From Minisyncoccota bacterium (lineage in GTDB: Bacteria; Patescibacteriota; Minisyncoccia; Phycocordibacterales; SBAW01): a DNA stretch of 64,000 bases. This document shows, piece by piece, positions 38,149 to 46,232 of this stretch (position 1 is the stretch's first letter; each line of letters begins with the position of its first letter). The translations under genes were made by a program, and so were the position numbers. Under the pieces are notes generated by a model, which searched no databases, was not told where the DNA came from, and was given only the letters and a program-made list of their open reading frames with translations. The stretch spans positions 21,057 through 85,056 of the forward strand of contig JAGOUZ010000001.1 of assembly GCA_018060985.1 (NCBI GenBank), in the 5' to 3' direction.

Positions 38149-38955
38149 TTAATTCGGATACCACTCTGCTAAAACAACTTCAATAGTCGGGTCGCCCCTA
38201 TGTACTCGCTGTGTAAACTGGCTCAGGTTTTGGGCATCGTTGTCACCATGATAATGATACGGAAAGACCTTGCGGGGTTTAAACGCAATCACCGCGTCGG
38301 CCGCATCTTCAAAGTTCATAGTGTACGGCATGTTCATTGGTATCAGTGCCACATCGATGTCCGTTAGCGCACGCATCTCTGGCGTGCCTGCGGTGTCGCC
38401 CGCAATGTAGAGCCGTGCCCCATTTCCTTCTACTAGATATCCATTGCCGCGCCCACGTGGGTGGAATCCCTCATTTACAGCGCCGGGCAGATTGTACATA
38501 GGCACCGCCGTAATCTTGAGCCCCTGCTCAGTCAGAGAGCTGTCGTTATCTAGCGCAGTCGCTTTCTCGGCAAGCTCGGGCGGCAGCAGGTCTTTAACGG
38601 CGCGCGGCACGACAAGCGCTGCGCTACCCAGAACCGCCGCCAGCGTTGAGGTACTAAAGTGGTCGCCATGAATATCGGTCACCAAGACTATGTCGGCAGG
38701 CGGCTGACCAACAAACGCTTCTACCCCGCCGGTCGGGTCGGTATATATAGTCTTGCCTGCAATACGGATCACCGCCGTTGCGTGTTTAATTGGTGTTACT
38801 TGTATGTCATCATGTTGCATAGATTGTTCGAGGCCAGCATTCTCCTCGTTTTTATTAGTACTAGTAATCCCGTTGCTATACGCAAACCAGCCAAGCGCTC
38901 CGAACACTACTACGCCTCCAAGCAGGTATATAACTTTCATGACTCTAGTATACAA
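38149..38955 (-). CDS. membrane-anchored MBL-fold metallo-hydrolase
   Basis: N-terminal TM; metal-binding pattern (DIHGDH..., later D/H residues). Confidence 0.7.
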   Translation of the reverse strand: MYTRVMKVIYLLGGVVVFGALGWFAYSNGITSTNKNEENAGLEQSMQHDDIQVTPIKHATAVIRIAGKTIYTDPTGGVEAFVGQPPADIVLVTDIHGDHFSTSTLAAVLGSAALVVPRAVKDLLPPELAEKATALDNDSSLTEQGLKITAVPMYNLPGAVNEGFHPRGRGNGYLVEGNGARLYIAGDTAGTPEMRALTDIDVALIPMNMPYTMNFEDAADAVIAFKPRKVFPYHYHGDNDAQNLSQFTQRVHRGDPTIEVVLAEWYPN

Positions 38956-39101
38956 AATCGGCTTTTTGCGCGCGTGCGTAGGGTGATTAGGGTTATCTAA
39001 AGAAGTGTGTCATAAAACAATTTATGTTGTGCTTTGTCAAAAAGGACGACATACTGACTCGGTCGTACTTCTTATTAGAGAATCGTAACATCTTGAATAT
39101 C

Positions 39102-39209
39102 ATGACTGACGAAGTAAAGCCCGAGGCAACAGTGCCTGCTGAGGCACCAGCACCAACTTCTACTCCAGAAGTAAAGCCAGAACCTGCAGCTGAAACAAAG
39201 ACTGCATAA
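39102..39209 (+). CDS. possible small acidic Pro/Ala/Glu-rich peptide (35 aa)
   Basis: short ORF followed by a clean intrinsic terminator (39209-39245); no clear RBS. Confidence 0.25.
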   Translation: MTDEVKPEATVPAEAPAPTSTPEVKPEPAAETKTA

Positions 39210-39251
39210 ATAAAACCACCGGCCCTACTGGCCGGTATTTTTATACCCAAA

Positions 39252-39572
39252 CTACAGTGTTGTGGTGGGTGGTACCTGCGTTGGTTCTGCGGCAGTGTCC
39301 TGTACGGTATGTTTTGTCTCTGCAAGCTCTTCTTCGAGCTTTCTCTTTTGTCTGCGCAAAGAAGAAATAGAAAACACGTCTTTAATAAAACTCGGGAGCA
39401 GCACCAGCAATATAATGAGAGCGCCCGAGATAATTGCGAGAAAGAGTATCAATGCCAACGATCCCTCCAGCTGCCACGTTAAGAACGACACCGTAACAAC
39501 GTCTGTATTTTGCGCAACAAATATAACCGAAATAATGCCAAGAAACACACCTAACAGAAGGAAGAGTATCAT
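39252..39572 (-). CDS. LapA/DUF1049-like small inner-membrane protein
   Basis: two TM helices followed by a charged coiled tail. Confidence 0.5.
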   Translation of the reverse strand: MILFLLLGVFLGIISVIFVAQNTDVVTVSFLTWQLEGSLALILFLAIISGALIILLVLLPSFIKDVFSISSLRRQKRKLEEELAETKHTVQDTAAEPTQVPPTTTL

Positions 39573-39599
39573 GCGGCAACTATAGCACGTTTGGGTGTA

Positions 39600-40001
39600 C
39601 TACATGCCCTTTGGCTGCAGCATCCCCACTTTGTTTCCCTCGCTGTCTTCTATCGTTATATACAAACCTATACCAGGTATATCATCCGGTTCGCCGGGCT
39701 TCTGAGCACCAATTATCTTGCCCCCCAACTCTTCAATCTTTTTCATCGATGCCTGTATATCCTTAACTGCAATCACTACCGAGGTGTTTTGCGAGTCCCG
39801 ACTCTTCTTAAAAAATCCGCCGTTTATATGACCTGGGGTTTGCACCATGTTGTGCGAATCAGTTTCGGTGGTGTGCATCATGACATACTCGCCCATTTCT
39901 GCACCAAGCATATTGGCCTTCCAACCAAAGGCGTTGGTATAAAAGCTGGCCATGCGAGCTTTGTCTTGGTACGGCATTTCAAAATGTACTACGGGATCCA
40001 T
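39600..40001 (-). CDS. VOC/glyoxalase-family protein (PhnB-like)
   Basis: paired beta-alpha-beta-beta-beta modules, 133 aa. Confidence 0.75.
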   Translation of the reverse strand: MDPVVHFEMPYQDKARMASFYTNAFGWKANMLGAEMGEYVMMHTTETDSHNMVQTPGHINGGFFKKSRDSQNTSVVIAVKDIQASMKKIEELGGKIIGAQKPGEPDDIPGIGLYITIEDSEGNKVGMLQPKGM

Positions 40002-40066
40002 AGAGGTATTCGTTAGTGGTTATGCAGCCAGTATAGCACCGTGGGTGTTCATGCAGGTCGCATAAG

Positions 40067-40096
40067 AAAAACCCCCGCAATTAAGCGGGGGTTTGT
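40067..40096. terminator. bidirectional intrinsic terminator
   Basis: aaaacccccgcaattaagcgggggttt with flanking A/T runs. Confidence 0.55.
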
Positions 40097-40102
40097 TCTT
40101 TA

Positions 40103-40216
40103 GACAGAAGTATGTTTTGCGTCTGCCTGCTTTTTAGCCTCGGCTTCTGCGCGTTCTTTTTGCTCTTTAGCCTGCTTTTCTTTTTCTATCATGTCTTTAT
40201 TGTCAAATGTCATAGT
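40103..40216 (-). CDS. possible small K/E-rich protein (37 aa, not in ORF track)
   Basis: minus-strand ORF MTFDNKDMIEKEKQAKEQKERAEAEAKKQADAKHTSV ending just before the terminator. Confidence 0.25.
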
Positions 40217-40372
40217 AGTTCAATCGTGTTTAGGCTCGTAATACCCTCGACCACATAGCAAACTCTACACTAGTACCACTGTGGTTTGCGTGAACGCCCT
40301 ACACGGCTTCCACTCTCAGGAGATACTCGAAAAACCTCAAAAACTATGTATAATCGGGATGTTCGCTCACAT

Positions 40373-40447
40373 TCCGCGGTAGCTCAATGGTAGAGCAGCT
40401 CCCTGTTAAGGAGTTGGTTGTAGGTTCGAGTCCTACCCGCGGAGCCA
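40373..40447 (+). tRNA. tRNA-Asn (GTT), CCA encoded
   Basis: acceptor TCCGCGG/CCGCGGA, D-arm AGCTCAATGGTAGAGC, anticodon loop CTGTTAA, T-arm GTAGGTTCGAGTCCTAC; TATAAT at about 40350. Confidence 0.9.
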
Positions 40448-42016
40448 GTTGGGATTAGCGTCGCCAAAAGCGACGCTTTCCCGTTTAGGAGAGCCACCTT
40501 TAGGAGGTTCGAACCGGTCGTTTTTTCGTCTTACCGAATTTGAGACGAGAATCATCGGCAAAAGCGCAATATCGGTGTCAATGCTGATTATTTTGTCTTT
40601 CAGGAGGAGGTTCGAACCGAGGGCGGATAAAAAGACCTTTCGGGCATGCTGGCCCCGTTCGGTGAAGGCTTCTCTGGCGTCGCTTGCGAACGTGAGCACC
40701 TTGTCGGCCGTCTGCAGCCAACTGTCCACCCGGGCGTCGGTGTCATTCAAAAGTTCGTGGAGTTTTGCTTTCTCCTGATTTATCTCCGACTTCTTTCGTG
40801 CAAATTCTTCTTCGCTTATTTCTCCCGAAGCTCGCATGTCGATGAGCGCGTCGAGCTTCTTTACGCATGCCTCGTAGTTCTGTTGCTGGTTGGCAAGAAT
40901 CGCATTGCGGTCAGCGGCCTCCCGACCATTCTCGTTCTGCAGCCACTTCATTGCCCACTCGTGGAAATCCTCTGGTGGCTTGACCCGGCCAAGAGTATCC
41001 TCGATCTGTTTGTCCAGCTCCTTCACCTCGATGCATTTCTGCTTGCAGGGACCTTTGCGTTTCGTGCAGTGGTAATAAATATATCGGTGGATGTTGCCGT
41101 TCTTATTCCTCTTGGTCTTGTGCTCGGCCGTGACCATGCATCCGCACTCTCCACAGCGGATCATGCCCGTGTAGGCAAAGCTGTGCTCCTCGGGCTTTGG
41201 CTTGCTGCCACGGCCTAGAAGCGCCTGCATGCGGTCGTACTCCTCGCGTGTGATCATTGGCTCGTGCTTGCCCTTGTGCCAGTTGCCCGAGCCTTGCGGC
41301 CACTCGAACCAGCCGTAGTAGAAGGGATTGTAGAGCACGCGGTAGAAACCGCTTCGCGCGAGCTTCTTTAAGCCCCACTGGTTTACTGCGATCTCATGCA
41401 CCCTCGGCGTTGTGTATGTGCCGCTGAGGAGCATGTCGAACATTTTTCGGATGATCGGAAACATCTTCGGGTCTTTGCGTATCGTCTTGAATCCTTTCAT
41501 TTTGTCCGGCGTGTTCATGTAACCGATTGGAGCCGGGCCTGGATGCCAGCCCATCTCTACTTTGCGCCGGAGGCCGCGCTTTACGTCGACGCCTTTGTTG
41601 TCGTTCTCCAATTTCGCCTGGCTGCAGAGGAGGTTGAGAAGGAATTTGTCGTTCGGCGTATTTTTGTAAGCCTGTCCGGGCGTGCGAATGTCCTGAAGCC
41701 TGTTCTGGTCCATGAGATAGACCAGATAGCCGGTGTCGACGGAATTGCGCGAGAGGCGGTTCGGGTGCCAGGCGATGATGCCTTCGGCTTCGCCCTTTTC
41801 GATGCGCTTAATCATCGCGTTGAAGATCTCGCGCCCGGGCGCTTTGGCCGAGTACGATTCTTCGAGGCGCTCCACCACATGGAGCTTCTCTCTTTTTGCG
41901 AGTGCTTCCAATTCGCTCTTTTGCGAGTCTATCGAAAGTACCTGTCTATCTTCTTGTTCGGACGATTTGCGAGCGTAGAGGAAGTACTTGTGCTTTTGCT
42001 GTACTTCCTGGTTCAT
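40433..42016 (-). CDS. large serine recombinase (resolvase/invertase N-domain + recombinase domain + zinc ribbon)
   Basis: catalytic region YARKSSEQEDRQVLSIDSQ, recombinase domain, zinc ribbon CGECGC...YYHC...C, 527 aa; 3' end overlaps tRNA-Asn 3' end. Confidence 0.85.
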   Translation of the reverse strand: MNQEVQQKHKYFLYARKSSEQEDRQVLSIDSQKSELEALAKREKLHVVERLEESYSAKAPGREIFNAMIKRIEKGEAEGIIAWHPNRLSRNSVDTGYLVYLMDQNRLQDIRTPGQAYKNTPNDKFLLNLLCSQAKLENDNKGVDVKRGLRRKVEMGWHPGPAPIGYMNTPDKMKGFKTIRKDPKMFPIIRKMFDMLLSGTYTTPRVHEIAVNQWGLKKLARSGFYRVLYNPFYYGWFEWPQGSGNWHKGKHEPMITREEYDRMQALLGRGSKPKPEEHSFAYTGMIRCGECGCMVTAEHKTKRNKNGNIHRYIYYHCTKRKGPCKQKCIEVKELDKQIEDTLGRVKPPEDFHEWAMKWLQNENGREAADRNAILANQQQNYEACVKKLDALIDMRASGEISEEEFARKKSEINQEKAKLHELLNDTDARVDSWLQTADKVLTFASDAREAFTERGQHARKVFLSALGSNLLLKDKIISIDTDIALLPMILVSNSVRRKNDRFEPPKGGSPKRESVAFGDANPNWLRG

Positions 42017-42018
42017 GG

Positions 42019-42732
42019 CTATTGTGTGAGGTTAAATTCCTTCAGCGCGTTCCTGTATAAATCGATCGTGTTGTTGTAGCTGAAGATGTATCCGTTTGAG
42101 GCGATGCCGACTTGGATGAATGGGGCGCGTTCTGCTTCTGCGCCGTTCGGCAATTCGCTTGCGTAGCCCATGTCATTCCAGGTGAAGAAGAGGTTGCTGC
42201 CCTCCGGTCGGCCGGTCTTGCTGTTGTTCTCGAAGGTAAGCGTCGACTCTACCTGTGCGAAGTTCGGATATACCTTTGCGAGGAATGCGCGGACCTGCTG
42301 CTCAAGTTCTGCGGATGTTTTTGCGTTGCCGGTGTAATCCACCTCCCGGTGGAATGCGACGACCTGGTTTGTCTTGGGGTCTACCTCGGCGTACTCGTTA
42401 TCGGTCGCGCCTCTGAATTTGAGTGCCATTTCGTCGACGAGTCCGACGCTCTTTACTTCGTTGACCTGCTGCACGATGCCGAAGTTTGCGTAGCCTCCGT
42501 AGGTCGGCTGGGCGCTAAAGTCGTATTGTGCGCCTCCGGCTGCCTCTACCGCGCTCTTAAGAGATTTCGTGGCCTGGCTTAGGTCTGTCTGGCTCACAGC
42601 CCCCTCTCTTGGGGCCATATCGCCTGAATTCGGGACCTTATGCCCGAAGAGGTAGTAACTGCCGACCGCGAGTACTGCGATGGCGACGAGTGCTATTACG
42701 CCGTTTGTTGCTGTTTTTGTCATTGTGTTCAC
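42019..42732 (-). CDS. membrane-anchored/secreted hypothetical protein (237 aa), GC-elevated
   Basis: N-terminal TM, no recognisable domain; stop abuts recombinase start. Confidence 0.5.
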   Translation of the reverse strand: MNTMTKTATNGVIALVAIAVLAVGSYYLFGHKVPNSGDMAPREGAVSQTDLSQATKSLKSAVEAAGGAQYDFSAQPTYGGYANFGIVQQVNEVKSVGLVDEMALKFRGATDNEYAEVDPKTNQVVAFHREVDYTGNAKTSAELEQQVRAFLAKVYPNFAQVESTLTFENNSKTGRPEGSNLFFTWNDMGYASELPNGAEAERAPFIQVGIASNGYIFSYNNTIDLYRNALKEFNLTQ

Positions 42733-42931
42733 TAATTTAATTGATAATCTCTACCAACCTAACACTGGTCCTACTGGTGGAAGAAGTCAAACGATCATAG
42801 TGGTTTTTCTGGTCGCCTTTTGGTCGCCTGTTGTATAACCCTTTTCCGAGGGAGAGGGCCAAATATACCCGTCGCGTCCCCGATGGCACACCGCAAACCT
42901 GTACCGATGCTGTTCGCCTCTTGTCCGGGTC

Positions 42932-43065
42932 ATTTTCCGCCCAAGTTTTACCCAAGGTTTGCCCAAGCTCTTTAGGCGATTTTCCACCCCCATTTCACCC
43001 ACACTTTGCCCACATCTGCCTGTCGATTTCCACCCCAGTTTTACCCCAATGTTACCCCAGATACC
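42932..43065. repeat. iteron-like array: about 10 degenerate direct repeats TTT(T)NCCCA(A/C) at 12-13 bp spacing, followed by an AT-rich tract (43085-43210)
   Basis: attttccgcccaag / ttttacccaagg / tttgcccaagc / ttttccaccccca / atttcacccacac / tttgcccacatc / atttccaccccag / ttttaccccaa / gttaccccag. Confidence 0.55.
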
Positions 43066-43211
43066 CGTCGTCTCCCCGAAGCCGTACCGAACCTGCTTTT
43101 TAGCCCCTTTTGAGACTTTTAACGTTGTTAATGCTGATAATTTCATAGTTATACACAGATGGTTAGAGGGTCTTAATAATTCTTTTTATTTCTAAAGTCT
43201 TAATAAGGGGT

Positions 43212-43649
43212 TCATGGTGGTCTCGGGCGAGGGACCATAGTGGTCCCTGACCGGAGACCACTATGGTCTCCGGTGCTCATAAGGTGGGGATAAATGCGGT
43301 ACTGCGTTCCGGGCCAATGGCCATGCTCCGGTGAATCCTGTTTTGTTTCGATAAGCCCGAGTGCTACAAGTCGCTTTCGGACGCGTTTGCATGTCGAGGT
43401 ACCAAAACCATACGCCTCGAATCCGCGCTCCTTGCCTTTGCGTGTATTGAAAGATTTATCTGTGTGCCAGAACCAACCGTCCCTATCCGCGAAGCGGTTG
43501 GAGAGATGACAGAGAACTATGAAAAAGTCGCGCTCTGCGTGCGATAGCGTACCGCGCAGATGGTCACTGTCGAACGCGACGTGAGGAGCAAGGAAAAAGT
43601 TCGAGTGCTTATCGCTCGATTTCCGGTTCGGCTGGTCCATACTGTTCAC
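43212..43649 (-). CDS. hypothetical protein with winged-HTH-like segment; candidate replication initiator for the adjacent iterons
   Basis: ORF next to iterons plus AT-rich region; wHTH-like STCKRVRKRLVALGLIE; 3' end carries 13-bp perfect inverted repeat. Confidence 0.4.
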   Translation of the reverse strand: MNSMDQPNRKSSDKHSNFFLAPHVAFDSDHLRGTLSHAERDFFIVLCHLSNRFADRDGWFWHTDKSFNTRKGKERGFEAYGFGTSTCKRVRKRLVALGLIETKQDSPEHGHWPGTQYRIYPHLMSTGDHSGLRSGTTMVPRPRPP

Positions 43650-43911
43650 TAAATATTTCGGCTACTTTTTCACTAACGGCTTGCTCGACCTGCAAGCCGA
43701 CCTCTGGGTTTATTGGATGAAAGATATTGATGTTCTGCCCGGCCACTTTGCGCGTCGGGTACACGAGCCGGTATCCGCCATCCTTCCTGCTGAATACGGC
43801 CACCGATCCCATCCAGAATTTTCCATCGAGCACAAACGAAACGAACCCCACCATGCCGTCCTGGGGTTTAACCGCGTAGAACTGTATTTCGCTAATGGTT
43901 GTTGAGGTCAT
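43609..43911 (-). CDS. SpoVG-family protein
   Basis: VSFVLDGKF..GSVAVFSRK..G..YRLVYPTRKV...INIFHPINPEVGLQVEQAV matches SpoVG core. Confidence 0.6.
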   Translation of the reverse strand: MTSTTISEIQFYAVKPQDGMVGFVSFVLDGKFWMGSVAVFSRKDGGYRLVYPTRKVAGQNINIFHPINPEVGLQVEQAVSEKVAEIFSEQYGPAEPEIER

Positions 43912-44086
43912 GGCTTTTCACTACTTTTTCTTTGAAGTCGTCGATGTTTGGTTCGCCCATGTAGGTGATCTTGTAGAGCTTGAAAAGATTGTTCGCACGC
44001 AAAGACGCCTCCTCGTCGGAGAGCTTCACGCCGTAGCGCTTTTCGTAGAGGTTTTTAAATTCTTGGATTGCTTCTTGGGGCAACAT
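43892..44086 (-). CDS. small hypothetical protein (64 aa)
   Basis: ORF overlapping SpoVG-like start; co-directional. Confidence 0.35.
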   Translation of the reverse strand: MLPQEAIQEFKNLYEKRYGVKLSDEEASLRANNLFKLYKITYMGEPNIDDFKEKVVKSHDLNNH

Positions 44087-44451
44087 AAAAGGCTGGCCCC
44101 TGCGCGGAGTCAGCCTTAGTTGGTCGTATCAAATGGTCGGTTCGAATCTGGGCTTAGGCCACAGAGGGATTATGGAAATGCAAAACGGGACCGCTTGCAG
44201 TGCTGTCCCGTCATTCGTACCTATCAGCTTTGGAGTTTCACTCGGACAAATCTAGTACCTATAGCGTAGCTGATTTGCCAGCATCCCGTCAAGGACTGGC
44301 TGTGGGTATGTGGCTAAACTGCCACAGGGACTGCGTTTTCAACTAATTCAAAGAATTGATTTGAATTCAAGATTTCTGTCCGGGTACTGCAATGAGATCA
44401 GGTATTCCAGCTCGTTCGTGTGCCCGGATTTGATATGGCATCCGTAGGGCG

Positions 44452-45798
44452 TTAGTGACCACTATGGTCAACGCTCGCGTTGCCGTAAAAGATATCAGGT
44501 CGCTCCTCTCCTTCAACCTCAATAATCGCCCAAGCTCCTTTGTTCATGCGAGCGAGGGCGTGGTCAACTAGCACGATGTTGCCGGGCACCTCTGGGGTAA
44601 ATTCAACAATAGTTGCGCCACCTGGTAAAACCGCAGTTGTTTGGATATTTTCATGCGGCTCAGCATCGATACCACCCTCAGCATAAACTGTGTCCCATAT
44701 CTCGCCGATCGGGTGGAATGACGAAATGAGATTCACACCACCATTTCCAACGAAAATGCGCACCCTCTCACCTGTTTTTACTTTCATGCGTGGGTGTCCG
44801 TCGGTCTCGATACGTCCGTTGAAGGTCACATAATTTGGCAAACCATCAAGGAGTGCGTTGCCGTCGAAAATAGTAAGTCCCTTCTTTCCAATCTCACCTT
44901 TGGTATAAAGCTCACCTTGCACAAGATAAAACTCTTTATCGACGGGGGGCAACCCTTCTTTTGGTTCGACTAGGATAAGTCCGTACTGTCCGTGTGAGTT
45001 ATGTGTACTCACGTTTGGTGTCGCACAGTGATAAATGTAAAGGCCCGGTTGAAGCGCCTTCCATGTAAACACTTTTGTCTCACCGGGCTCGACGCGCGAA
45101 AGCGTTGAACCACCCCCCGGGCCAGTTACTGCGTGAAGGTCAATGTTGTGTGCATGGAGGCTCGACGGATGATTGGTAATTGTCATTTCGACCATGTCTC
45201 CTTCGAGCACGCGCAGCATCGGTCCGGGCACTTGCTTATTGAACGTCCAGTAGTTGAAATAGATACCTTTGGCCACTTCGGCGATCACCTCCTGTGCTGT
45301 AAGAGATATCCTAACGGTTTCGTTTGTGTCTCGGCTGATGGGCGGCGGAACATTGTTAGGGTCGGCACCTATGTCCTCGACATACTCAAAGTTTTTAAAG
45401 TTCTTTATGAACACAAGTACGTTCTTGAATGGGAGGTCGGGAAGCGCTCCACCTGGGTGATAGACATGCATGAACGCGGGCATTGCAAAATGTGGCGAGT
45501 AGGTTTTATCTGCCCACATGTATAAAAGTCCTGCAGCCATAATTACGCCAAATGTGACCGCAAGAATCTTTGAATGCACACGATATAGAAGGCGGAGTAT
45601 GAAGAAGGAGAGCGCCAAGACCACAATCGTAATGGCCCCACCCTGCATCACCGAGTAATGAATGAATGGATAGAAAGTGATCAGATTTCCAAAGCCAAAG
45701 TATGAAAACATGCTAATGAAGCCCAGGAGCACAAGGATACCGATACCAATGCCGATCTTAGTCATTGGACGACTCATCTTTCTGTATTTGAACTCCAT
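44452..45798 (-). CDS. nirK: copper-containing nitrite reductase (NirK)-family two-cupredoxin-domain protein with about 130-aa N-terminal multi-TM extension
   Basis: HNIDLHAVTGPGGG (T1/T2 Cu His motif), IYHCATPNVSTHNSHGQ (Cys/His T1 ligands; Gln at the usual axial Met position by manual alignment), 448 aa. Confidence 0.7.
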   Translation of the reverse strand: MEFKYRKMSRPMTKIGIGIGILVLLGFISMFSYFGFGNLITFYPFIHYSVMQGGAITIVVLALSFFILRLLYRVHSKILAVTFGVIMAAGLLYMWADKTYSPHFAMPAFMHVYHPGGALPDLPFKNVLVFIKNFKNFEYVEDIGADPNNVPPPISRDTNETVRISLTAQEVIAEVAKGIYFNYWTFNKQVPGPMLRVLEGDMVEMTITNHPSSLHAHNIDLHAVTGPGGGSTLSRVEPGETKVFTWKALQPGLYIYHCATPNVSTHNSHGQYGLILVEPKEGLPPVDKEFYLVQGELYTKGEIGKKGLTIFDGNALLDGLPNYVTFNGRIETDGHPRMKVKTGERVRIFVGNGGVNLISSFHPIGEIWDTVYAEGGIDAEPHENIQTTAVLPGGATIVEFTPEVPGNIVLVDHALARMNKGAWAIIEVEGEERPDIFYGNASVDHSGH

Positions 45799-45809
45799 AG
45801 TATCAATCG

Positions 45810-46172
45810 CTAATATGGGATTTTACAATCCTCAAAGCAATGTGCGCTGCGGTTAAGTGTATAAATGCGCTCCCTACCACGATCTTCGCTTTTCACCGCA
45901 TCAACTGATCGAAGGACGTTGAGGTGGTGTGTCACGGTCGGCTGCTTCAGTTTTACTTGCTCGGTAAGTTCTCCAACCGTCATGCCTTCCTTAGCTTTAC
46001 CAAGCATGCACACAAGGTTGTAGCGACTCCTGTCGCCGACTACCTTAAAGCAATCGGGGCACAGTTCCTCTTCACCGCTCGTAACCCATTCGGGGCGCGG
46101 ATATGTTTTTTCTTCTTTACCATGAACCGGTTTCGTGTTGCGACGCTTTATCCCCAACGATTTCTTATTCAT
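45810..46172 (-). CDS. ArsR/SmtB-family metalloregulator
   Basis: HTH region YNLVCMLGKAKEGMTVGELTEQVKLKQPTVTHHLNVL; Cys pairs CPDC and CFEDC; directly upstream of nirK. Confidence 0.7.
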   Translation of the reverse strand: MNKKSLGIKRRNTKPVHGKEEKTYPRPEWVTSGEEELCPDCFKVVGDRSRYNLVCMLGKAKEGMTVGELTEQVKLKQPTVTHHLNVLRSVDAVKSEDRGRERIYTLNRSAHCFEDCKIPY

Positions 46173-46232
46173 AGATGAACATCTATATGTATTATGTATA
46201 GACACTTATCAATATAACAATACCAAACCCCT

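Noticed and set aside
42787-43146. ORFs over the iteron region (42787-43146 minus, 42831-43103 and 42959-43195 plus)
   Set aside because: Translations are Pro/Phe low-complexity produced by the TTTNCCCA repeats; better explained as non-coding iterons.
44130-44160. tRNA-like T-arm GGTCGGTTCGAATCTGGG
   Set aside because: Could not build acceptor, D or anticodon arms around it on either strand; not called as tRNA.
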